A stretch of 52,957 nucleotides of DNA, the filler included, from Streblomastix strix (taxonomy: Eukaryota), in assembly GCA_008636045.1 (NCBI GenBank). It is 3 parts of 3 records of this genome, joined end to end, with 100 filler letters (N's around TTAATTAATTAA, not from the genome) between each part and the next. Parts side by side here need not be neighbours in the genome. Positions count along the whole stretch, not along the records: positions 1 to 17,600 come from SNRW01000691.1; positions 17,701 to 35,279 come from SNRW01000692.1; 1 more part is not named here. One strand, written 5' to 3'. Shown here piece by piece: positions 1 through 19,929 of the stretch (position 1 is its first letter; each line of letters begins with the position of its first letter). The notes beneath the pieces are model-generated. The model was not told the origin of the DNA, searched no databases, and was given only the letters and a program-made list of their open reading frames with translations. A program made the position numbers and the translations under genes.

Positions 1-3000
1 ACTTTGCTGAACAAATTCATTGGGAATGTAGAAAAGAATGAAGAATTTGTTTGTATTTTATTTTATTTATTTAATATTTATATATAATAAATCAGGTTCT
101 GAGCACAACAATCTAACATGTTATTGGAGTTCGAAATGGGAGTGATGACAAAACAATTCTTGCAGGAGCTGTAACAGATTCAATGATTCTTTCCATTTTT
201 GTATATATTCTGATTTTATTTACTTTTCTATTTAATATTTATTATATATTTAGTCTCCAGATGAAAAGACATCAAAATCAGGAAGCAAATCACTATGCGA
301 TCTAATTGAAGAAAATGAAATATTCGGACATTCACTGATGACAACTGGATTCATCTAGAAAGTTCAACATGCATTCACAAATAACTAATAATCTTCTTCT
401 TCCTCACAAACTGAAAGCACGACGCCTTATCATGTGAAATGTGGACTACTTGATATTATTCATAAGTTAGCTGCTACTGTTGATGACCTTCAACCAATTT
501 CAATTCTGATTCCAATTCTAATTGTATTGAAAACCAATGAAGATAAAAATATAAAGAAAAAATCAGAAAATATATTCATATTTTTGAATTCGAAAGGAAT
601 CAATGCTCCTTCATCCGAATCTACAAAAGAGAATGATGAAAAGATTCAATATTTAGAAGAATAGAACAGAATTAAGGATGAAGAAACGAGAAGAAAAGAT
701 GAATAACTTCAAAAAGAATTAATTGAAAAATCAAAAGAGACGAAACGAGCCGAAGAAGCTGAAGAAAAAGTGCGCATTGCTGAAGAACGTGCGAGACTTG
801 CAGAAGAGCGTACAAGATAAGCCGACATTCAATTAAGAGCAGCTTAAGATCACGTACTATTAGTTGCAAAATAAACTACAAAACCATCTCAAAGTATATT
901 TTTCTTATATAAAAAAAGTTTTTTTTGTTATTTTATTATAATTATCTTTATTTTAATTATTTATAATTTATTTTTTATATCTAATCCTTAGTTCCTGCAT
1001 CACTTAACTCAGCGCTTCAAAAGATGAATGTTCCATAAGGAGATAAGGGCAGAGTTTAAGGAAGTTCTTTTGTTCATTCGAATGAAAGATGTAATTCCAC
1101 AATTACAATGGATCCGATCATAAATGAAGGAGTTGCACGTTTTGAAGTAGTTTTCAATGAACACGATGGAGAAAAATTCAGTTTGATATTCAAGTTTATA
1201 TTTAAAGGATTACGAACATATTTATTCATATTTAACTTAATAATTATTTATTAGGTTTGGGAATTGTTATTGCTTCGCAAGTCTTTAAATAGAATGATTT
1301 ACCAATTGGAAGTGTGATATTTAATTTAAATAAATATCAAATATTGATTATATTTATATTTTTTATTTATTTATTTATATTTATATTTTTTATTTATTTA
1401 TATTTATATTTTTTATTTATTTATTTATATTTATAAATGAAATATATGATTGTTTTTAATCAAATTATTAGTGAGTTTGAATAATTAAAATTTATAATAT
1501 ATTTTTAAAACAAATTACTATTTAAAATTAATTTTTTAAAAAATCTTTATACTTTAATATAAAAATTATTTTTATAAAATTTCAATTCAATTAATAAATT
1601 AAAATTATTAATATTTGATGAATTATTTGATATATATAAAAACAGCTTGTATGAATAAAATTTAAATTAAACTGTCTAATATATTAAAATATAATTAAAT
1701 AATAGAATAATGAAAATTTCTAATTATTTATTAATATTATTTATTAAAATTTTAATTAATTTATAAAATTATTATTATTAAATTTAATTATAATTATATT
1801 TCAAATTATAATTATAATTCAAATTATAATGGAAAAATATTTGATGATTTTTCTATTTAAAATATCAGAGAGTATGCATAAAATATAATAATAACTATTT
1901 TATTTGAACAAATATAATTAAATGATTGATTATTGAAATTTTCTAATTATTTTATAATATTTATTATTTATATTATAATTAATTTATAAAATTATTAATT
2001 TAAATTTAATTAAAATTATGATTATATTTTTAATTGAATAATATTTGATTAATTTTCTATTTAAAATATCAGAGGGTAAGCATAAAATATAATAATAACT
2101 AATTTATTTGAACAAATATAATTAAATGATAGATTATTGAAAATTTCTAATTATTTATTAATATTTAATAATATTTTGATTAATTTATAAAATTATTATT
2201 TTTTTAATTTAATTATTATTATAATTATATTTGCAATTGAATAATGTGTGATGTTTTATCTATTTAAAATATCAGAGGGTATGCTTTAAATATAATAATA
2301 ACTATTTTATTTGAACAAATATAATTAAATGATAGAAAAATGAAAATTTCTAATTATTAAATAATATTAATTTTTTTTTTTTTAAATAATTTATAAAATT
2401 ATAATTTTTAAATTTAATTATTATTATAATTTTATTTATAATTGAATAATATTTGATGATTTTTCTATTTAAAATATCAGATTGTATGCATAAAATATAA
2501 TAATAACTATTTTATTTGAACAAATATTATTAAATAATAGAATATTTAAAATTTCTAATAATTTAATAGAGTAAATTATTAATATTTTAATTAATTTATA
2601 AAATTATTATTTTTCAATTTAATTATAATTATTTTTATATTTGTAATTGGATACTATTTGAATAATATTCTATTTAAAATATCAGATTGTATGCTTAAAA
2701 TATAATAATAACTAATTTATTTGAACAAATATAATTAAATGATAGATTATTGAAAATTTTTATTTTTTAATAATAGTTAATAATATTTTTATTAATTTAT
2801 AAAATTATTATTTTTAAATTAAATTATAATTTTATTTAAAATTTAATAATATTTGATTAATTTTCTATTTAAAATATCAGTGGGTATACTTAAAATATAA
2901 TAATAACTATTTTATTTGAACAAATATAATTAAATGATAGATTATTGAAAATTTTTATTATTTAATAATAGTTAATAATATTTTAATTAATTTATAAAAT

Positions 3001-6000
3001 TATTATTTTTAAATTTAATTATAATTATTTTTATATTTGTTATTGAATAATATTTGATTAATTTTCTATTTAAAATTTCAGCTAGTATGCTTTAAATATA
3101 ATATTAACTATTTTATTTATTCAAAAATAATTAAATAATAGAATAATGAAAATTTCTAATTACTTAATAAAGTTAATTATTTATATTTTTATTAATTTAT
3201 AAAATTATTATTTTTAAATTAAATTATAATTTTATTTAAAATTGAATAATATTTTATGAATTTTCTAATTAAAATATCAGATTGTATGCTTAAAATTTAA
3301 TAATAACTATTTTATTTATTCAAAAATAATTAAATAATAGAATAATGAAAATTTTTAATATTTAAAAATAATAATTAGTAATATTTTAATTATTTTAAAA
3401 AATTATTATTTTTAAATTAAATTATAATTTTATTTAAAATTGAATAATATTTGATGATTTTTCTATTTAAAATATCAGTGAGTATGCATAAAATATAATA
3501 ATAACTATTTTATTTGAGCAAATATAATTAAATGATAGAATAATGAAAATTTCTAATAATTTAATATAGAAAATTATTTATATTTTTATTAATTTATAAA
3601 ATTATTATTTTTAAATTAAATTATAATTTTATTTAAAATTGAATAATATTTGATTAATTTTCTTTTTAAAATTTCAGGGGGTATGCATAAAATATAATAA
3701 TAACTATCTCATTTGAACAAATATAATTTAATAATAGAATAATGAAAATTTCTAATAATTTAATAAAGATAATTATTTATATTTTTATTAATTTATATAA
3801 TAATTATTTTTAAATTAAATTATAATTTTATTTAAAATTGAATAATATTTGATTAATTTTCTATTAAAAATATCAGCTAGTATGCTTAAAATATAATAAT
3901 AACTATTATATTTGAACATATATTATTAAATAATAGAATAATGAAAATTTCTAATAATTTAATAAAATTAATTATTTATATTTTTATTAATTTATAAAAT
4001 TATTATTTTTAAATTAAATTATTATTTTATTTAAAATTGAATAATATTTGATTAATTTTCTATTAAAAATATCAGCTAGTATGCATAAAATATAATAATA
4101 ACTATTTTATTTGAACAAAAATAATTAAATGATAGAATAATGAAAATTTCTAATTATCTTATAATATTAATTATTTATATTATAATTAATTTATAAAATT
4201 ATTATTTTTTAATTTAATTATTATTATTATTATATTTTTAATTGAATAATATTTGATGATTTTTCTATTTAAAATATCAGAGGGTATGCTTTAAATATAA
4301 TAATAACTATTTTATTTGAACAAATATTATTTAATAATAGAATAATGAAAATTTCTAATAATTTAATAAAGATAATTATTTATATTTTTATTTATTTATA
4401 TAATAATTATTTTTAAATTAAATTATAATTTTATTTAAAATTGAATAATATTTGATTAATTTTCTATTTAAAATATCAGCTAGTATGCTTAAAATATAAT
4501 AATAACTATTTTATTTGAACAAATATAATTTAATAATAGAATAATGAAAATTTCTAATAATTTAATAAAGATAATTATTTATATTTTTATTAATTTATAA
4601 AATTATTATTTTTAATTTAAATTATAATTTTATTTAAAATTGAATAATATTTGATTAATTTTCTATTTAAAATATCAGGGAGTATGCATCAAATATAATA
4701 ATAACTATTTTATTTGAACAAATATTATTTAATAATAGAATAATGAAAATTTCTAATAATTTAATATAGATAATTATTTATATTTTTATTAATTTATATA
4801 ATAATTATTTTTAAATTAAATTATAATTTTATTTAAAATTGAATAAAATTTTATGATTTTTCTATTTTAAAAATAAGATTGTATGCTTAAAATATAATAA
4901 TAACTATTTTATTTGAACAAATTTTATTAAATAATAGAATAATGAAAATTTCTAATAATTTAATAATATTAATTATTTATATTATAATTAATTTATAAAA
5001 TTATTATTTTTTAATTTAATTATTATTATTATTATATTTTTAATTGAATAATATTTGATGATTTTTCTATTTAAAATATCAGAGGGTATGCTTTAAATAT
5101 AATAATAACTAATTTATTTGAACAAATATAATTAAATGATAGATTATTGAAATTTTTTTTATTTAATAATTGTTAATAATATTTTTATTAATTTATAAAA
5201 TTATTATTTTTAAATTTAATTATAATTTTATTTAAAATTGAATAATATTTGATTAATTTTCTATTAAAAATATCAGGGAGTATGCATAAAATATAATAAT
5301 AACTATTTTATTTGAACAAATATAATTAAATGATAGATTATTGAAAATTTTTATTATTTAATAATAGTTAATAATATTTTTATTAATTTATAAAATTATT
5401 ATTTTTAAATTAAATTATAATTTTATTTAAAATTGAATAATATTTGATGAATTTTCTATTTAAAATATCAGTGAGTATGCATAAAATTTAATAATAACTA
5501 TTTTATTTGTTCAAAAATAATTAAATAATAGAATAATGAAAATTTCAAATTAATTAATTATATTAACTAAAAATATTTTAATTATTTTTTAATATTAATA
5601 TTTTTAAATTTATTTATTTTTATAATTATATTTGTAAATGAATAATTTTTGATGTTTTTTTTTCTATTTAAAATATAAGGTTGTATGCTTAAAATATAAT
5701 AATAACTATTTTATTTATTCTAATTTTAATATATAATACATTAATAAAAACTTCTAATTATTTAATAATATTAATTTCAAATTTAATTATTATTTTATGT
5801 ATTTATAATTATATTTTATTATATATATATTAAATTTTAATAATTCTTTTTATAAAGATGGATATAATTCTGCTCGTTTCTTAAACAGGTATTTTTATTT
5901 TAAAAATATTTATTAAAATATTTTTTATATTTAAATTTTTTTAATCTCTTTAGTGGGAACCTGGAACATCGCCTTTACCATATAAATAAAAATTCTGTTC

Positions 6001-6348
6001 CAATCAAAGGCAATTCTCCATTTGATTGCGGTCAGAAAATTTCAATTGAAGTAGATATGACTTCAAATCCGAGAAGGGCTGTGTTTTTCATAGATGGAGT
6101 CGAATAAATAAATTCAGTTGTCAACATTCCAGAAGCTGTTCGTTTCTATGTATGATTAATTATTTAATTAATATTTTTATATTAATATTTATTTATTTAT
6201 TTTAAACTTTTATATGCTTAATCAGGTCTATGTATCCAAACCGAATTCATCTTTCCAAGTTACAAAGTTTGAAAGACTTCCTGTTTCATCTGCTCGTGGT
6301 GTCCCAGGATCAAGATAATGGTACTGGGGAACAAATTGGATTCAATGA
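1..6348 (+). CDS. Multi-exon gene, 5'-truncated: helical/coiled-coil region plus C-terminal SPRY/B30.2-like beta domain. Exons <1-48, 96-200, 254-893, 992-1180, 1255-1311, [optional 3-nt microexons], 5858-5888, 5954-6149, 6226-6348
   Basis: All introns are GT-AG with consistent phases. With TAA/TAG=Gln the spliced frame is open: ...TITMDPIINEGVARFEVVF...FSLGIVIASQVFKQNDLPIG|NGYNSARFLNSGNLEH...GNSPFDCGQKISIEVDMTSNPRRAVFFIDGVEQINSVVNIPEAVRFYVYVSKPNSSFQVTKFERLPVSSARGVPGSRQWYWGTNWIQ*. The SPRY-like call is from motif resemblance only. Confidence 0.85.
1450..5720 (+). repeat. Tandem array of ~195-205-bp AT-rich units (about 20 well-conserved plus 2 divergent 5' units) inside the gene 1 intron 1312-5857
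   Basis: Recurring core ttttctatttaaaatatcAG-NNN-GTatgc(a/t)taaaatataataataactattttatttgaacaaat at ~200-bp period. Confidence 0.97.
1472..5682 (+). other. 22 candidate 3-nt microexons: 1472 tga, 1646 ctt, 1869 aga, 2073 agg, 2276 agg, 2481 att, 2686 att, 2881 tgg, 3082 cta, 3281 att, 3479 tga, 3678 ggg, 3877 cta, 4076 cta, 4281 agg, 4480 cta, 4679 gga, 4878 att, 5083 agg, 5277 gga, 5472 tga, 5680 gtt
   Basis: Each triplet is preceded by an acceptor-like AG (cag x19, aag x2, tag x1) and followed by a donor-like GT (mostly gtatgc; also gtaagc, gtatac, gtatga, gtttga), similar to donors of ordinary introns in the same gene. No transcript evidence. Confidence 0.75.
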
Positions 6349-6779
6349 AAATGATTAAATACAACTGATTGAAGAGAATGAGAATTAAAGATAATTAGAA
6401 AAAGATTTTTGAAATGATTATTTGATAGAAAATGATTTAAGATAGATCTGAAAGATATGATAATGAATTTGAATCTATTCTACAAAGAGTGATTTTTAAA
6501 TTTTTATTAAATTCATACACTTAACACCTTGCACATCAGCCATTCACACTTGAATATAGTTTACTTACTCATTCTTACTGTTATAACGTAGCACATCAAT
6601 TAATAGAACCTTATAAATAAATGGCATAAATACTTCTTTAATTTATTTGTTAGTGTATTTTTTTTATTAAGAATATTTTCATTAATAAAATTAGTAATAA
6701 AAATACGGTTGAAAATAAAATAAGTTTGAAAAAAAGATAATTAAACTTATAATTTGTTGATCAAATTAAGTTCATTATT

Positions 6780-15650
<8,871 letters not shown>

Positions 15651-15940
15651 CAAAGATTTGAATATAAATATGTTGAATAAAATTTATTTTAATAAACTAT
15701 TAAATAAAATATTCAGAAAGTGGCAAACATTGATTTTTTCTTTTTGTCAATGAACAATAAATATGACTGAGAATAAAAGTTCCCTAATGTATTATTCCAT
15801 CCAAAATTCTTATTAAATGAAAGTTAAAATAATTAAAATTATATAAAATAAAGAAAAATAAATCTTTGATAAAGATAAAATTATAACAGAATTTTGTAAA
15901 TTGATTTTAAGATTATTTAAGAGTAAATTTGTAATTAGTT

Positions 15941-16066
15941 TTAGATGAAGATGAAGATTAAGATGATGAAGATTAGTTTAGTTTCAATTATGATGAAGAA
16001 TATTTATTTTATTTTGGTGATGATGTTGTATCAAATATTAATATTCTTCCAATTGAATTTTCTTCA
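15941..16066 (+). repeat. ~125-bp direct copy of coding segment 9376-9501
   Basis: ttagatgaagatgaagattaagatgatgaagattagtttagtttcaattatgatgaa...tatcaaatattaatattcttccaa occurs at both sites with few substitutions. Confidence 0.9.
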
Positions 16067-16995
16067 TTGAGTTAAAAATCATATTAATTAATTGAATTAT
16101 TTTCTTAATGTATTAAAAAGTTATTTAAAAAACTAAATTATCCTACTTCAGTTTATTTAAAGAATGAAAAAGTTGTTGATAAATAGAAATATAAATATTT
16201 TGTATCTATCATATTTGTTCTTTATTATAAATGTCGAACAAATGAGCAAGTTTGAAAGGTTTTGAAAGTTATTTCTTATTTACCTATAATTAAAAATAAT
16301 TAATTGTGAATAATAGTTAAATAAAAAAATAAACTATTAATATTTAAATTGAAAAAATGCAATTTAGTGCTATAAATAATGTGTAAATTACAAATTATTT
16401 AGAAAATTTAAAATAATTAAACAATTATGTATAATAAATGATAAAAAGTGAATCATTTATTAAATATATAAAATATGTTCATATTAAGTAATTTAATAGA
16501 AATACTATAATTTTTTTAACAGTGAATAAAGTAGGAGAAGCAGTGGAAAGAAATGTTCTTCATGTTAACTGTATTATGCAACAAATAGATTGATATATAT
16601 TGTATACTTAATATTAAATTTATTTTGTTTGAAAATAATGCATTATATACGAATTTAATGATATTCTGGGAAGAAATTCCTTGCCAAATTTTATTTTCCA
16701 TTTGCAACTTTAAATACATATTATTTTTTTTTAATTTTAGATAAAAGCGCAATAATATTTATATTTGTATTAAATGATATAATTTTAAATGTAATTGAAT
16801 TTACAATTATTTCATAAAATAAATTCTAATTTTATTTTTTATAAATTCTAATTTTTCACTTCATACCAGTTTAATCTTCCGTCTGTTAATATTGTTCTGC
16901 TTTATTCTTTTTGTTTTATTAATAATTTCTAAAAATTATACTCATTTATTATTTAACTTCGTTTTAGTTTTAGTTTTTTATAATTTTTTTCAGAA

Positions 16996-17600
16996 ATGAC
17001 TTCAAACGATTCAGGTTACTGATCTAACAATATTTAAAACTTCCGAAAATAGAACTTTAATCATTTCAACTATACATTTGCATCCAATGATCAACATTTA
17101 GGAGATGAAACTGATGAATCTAATCAAGATTAACAACAGGATGAATTATCAGAAGAAGAAATGAAATAAAATCTAATTTAATCCTGCAAAAATCTTCAAG
17201 ATCGACTTCAAAACGAGCAAAACAAACAACAACTCATGAAATCACTGCTTATTGAAGTTTAATATTATTAAATATTAGATAAATCATTTAAATAATATTA
17301 TTTGAATATATTTTCTACTATAATTATTTTAATTTTTCTTTTTTTGATTATTTTAATTCGCTATTAAAACAGAATATGATAGAACCCTCCATTGGTAAGA
17401 TTTCACCACCACTTTAACGAAGTATGAATAAATTTTAATTCCCTATTTTTTCTTAATTTATTTTAACTTTCCATTAATTTCCAGGCCAAAGTCAAGACTT
17501 CATTAATTAAATAATTTTCACCGATCGCCTGTTTAAAAAGAGAGACGACGAATCAGGACTTAGATCCATCAACCAGTATATCATCCACCAAATGATTGGC
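16996..17600 (+). CDS. Hypothetical protein, spliced, 3'-truncated by the contig end
   Basis: MTSNDSGY[TGA]SNNIQNFRKQNFNHFNYTFASNDQHLGDETDESNQDQQQDELSEEEMKQNLIQSCKNLQDRLQNEQ..., with two GT-AG introns near 17257-17372 and 17422-17484. Confidence 0.55.
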
Positions 17601-17700
17601 NNNNNNNNNNNNNNNNNNNNNNNNNNNNNNNNNNNNNNNNNNNNTTAATTAATTAANNNNNNNNNNNNNNNNNNNNNNNNNNNNNNNNNNNNNNNNNNNN
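17601..17700. other. Artificial contig linker N44-TTAATTAATTAA-N44
   Basis: An identical 100-nt structure occurs at 35280-35379, and the core has TAA in all six frames. Confidence 0.95.
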
Positions 17701-18241
17701 AACACGGGCCGTGTTACCGTGCCATACCGTGCCATAACGTGCAACACGGGCCGTGCCAGCGTGCAATGCCGTGCCATACCGTGTCGTACGGTACCGTGCC
17801 CCTAATGTCGCCCGTCGGGTCGGGTCGGGTTGGGTCGGGTCGGGTCGTTTTTTTTTAAAGCCAAATTTTGACAGTAGCAAGAATTGCACGCCTGTAGGAT
17901 AATAATACATAAATTGATTAAGATTGAAATATGATAATGATATAACTGCACATAATTATAATAAATAAAGTCAATTTTTCAATTAACTGGGCGCGAAAAA
18001 GAGTTTACCCATGACGACCCGAACTAATTTTCAGAAAAAAAATTTTTTTATTGAAACTATATTTATTATTTTAATGTATACAAACAAATCATACGTAAAT
18101 ATTAAAATGTATTTAATATATTATTAATCAAATCTGAACCATTAAAAATAATTTGATATTTTATTTAATTTTTTTAATTTGGGTCGTTTTTCTTGGTTGG
18201 GTGGGTAGGTCGGGCTCTGGGTGGTTGGGTTGGTATCCCCA
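17701..18241. mobile_element. GC-rich subterminal-repeat remnants, probably ends of one or two hAT-like DNA transposons
   Basis: CCGTG-type repeats end in ...gccccta at 17804 (TAGGG-type terminus on the minus strand). CGGGT-type repeats lie at 17813-17846 and 18180-18240, ending ...atcccca. Confidence 0.4.
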
Positions 18242-18356
18242 AGTTAAGAATATAGTTTTGGAGTGAAATAAGCAATAAATTTTACAAGATTGAAGAAAGT
18301 GATGAAATTATTTTTTTTATTTATTATTCATCCATTTTCTAGTTATGATTTATGTT

Positions 18357-19750
18357 TCATTTGTATTCTTATTAGCCATGATAAATGAGATATTAGCCTT
18401 CTTATCCATTAGATCCATACTTAGATTTCTTCTACAATAATTATATGCAAAATAAAAATATATTATTTAGATATATTATATCGATAATTTATATATAAAA
18501 ATACCTTTCTAGGAGCAAAGTCTTTAATGAATATTGTGTTTAATATAGCTGCAATAAGAATTACTAATCCAACTACAATTCCAATAATAATATTTGTATT
18601 TTACCACCATTTGTCTTGAATCTCATGAATAGTTATATCTCCAATAAAAAGTAATTCATCATCATCATCAGGTCCATAATATTAATAATGAATACTGCCA
18701 TTTCCAGCATCAGATTAACTTCCATTGAACATTGCACTTAAAAAAGTTGAAATGATAACTTAGCTGCAGTCATCAGTTTTATTGCTGATTCTTAAGAAAA
18801 CGTCCTTACCAACTCCTATTGATTAATTGTTTTGATTTTTGGAGAATTTGTTATTCTTGAAGCTGATTTTGGAGTTGTTATTATCAGTGTACAGATATAT
18901 AGCACCAGAATAATTTCTAAAATTATTAGTGAATGTGTTACCTTCAACAATGAATTCACTTAGATTGACTTTATCATTGCGGTGATCAGCAATGAATATA
19001 GCACCTGTTGCCGAATTCATACTTGTGCAGTTTATGAATTTATTACCTGTTATTTGCGCTTTAACAACTTTCATCCATCGTATTTCAAGTGTAGCAGGGT
19101 TATAATTATCAGTGTTATTCAAATTAACAAACTCACAGTTATAGATAATTAATGATCTAAACTCTCACGTTTCTTTGAATCCATAAAATAAAATTGCATT
19201 TTAAGCTCCTTGGAAAGTACAATTGTCAATTTCTACTCTATTTCCATTAAGAATCTGCTCATGAACATATCCTGCTTCTTTATACCATAAAGGAAATGAT
19301 TAGAATGTGCATTTGTGCTGAATTATGAACGGTAAAGTTAAGTTTGTATAAGGTGGTTCACCAACAATATCAACATCAATAAAACAAAATCTAGGAGTAA
19401 CAGTAGAATTGGAATCATTATGCAAAAAGAAATGGAATTCGATGTTTTCTAACGTAACATCTCCTTTATAAAGACAAATAATATTTAATTCATTTATATT
19501 TAATTTCCAGATAGTTGAAATCTTATTTGCATTCTAACAGTAAAAAAATTAAAAAATAAAATATGAAAATGTTAATTCGCGGAATTCTCAGATCAATGAA
19601 GATGAAATGAGATAAGAAAGAAACCAAAAGTAATGACTCAATTAATTATGTTATACTGTCTTTTGAATTTATTGATATTTACAGCTACTCTATGATCATC
19701 TATATCATAAAGATAAACAAATTATGATCCAGTTTTCTTTTATACATTAA
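18357..19750 (-). CDS. Parallel beta-helix (pectin-lyase-like) type I membrane protein, 5' end apparently missing, one in-frame TGA at 19165
   Basis: Repeats CTFQ/NCTF/NCEF/NKFINC/GAIF/NTFTNN/GAIY, a TM segment IIIGIVVGLVILIAAILNTIFI, an intron at ~18432-18504 and the tail KKSKYGSNGQEGQYLIYHGQQEYK*. Confidence 0.7.
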
Positions 19751-19929
19751 TATGAAATAATCTATAATCATTAACATTACGCTAGTAAAATTTATCTGTT
19801 TGCTAACTATAGGAATAGGATTAAAAATCATAATAATCATGATTAGTAGGATAATTTTCTACATCATAAGCGTCATCAGGGAGTTTATTTACAAAGTTAT
19901 ATTTAATTTTTTCATTAATTGAACGTCTA

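Noticed and set aside
1472..5682. Recursive-splicing ratchet points
   Set aside because: Those are AG|GT with zero-length exons. Here 3 nt always separate AG and GT, although stepwise splicing may still be the mechanism.
1450..5720. CRISPR array or plain satellite DNA
   Set aside because: There are no unique spacers and no cas genes, and the context is eukaryotic. The whole unit is repeated and the standout variable element is the triplet between splice signals.
17645..17656. TTAATTAATTAA palindrome as a biological site
   Set aside because: It is embedded symmetrically in Ns twice and is a concatenation linker. Neighbourhood across it is meaningless and the contigs may come from different genomes.
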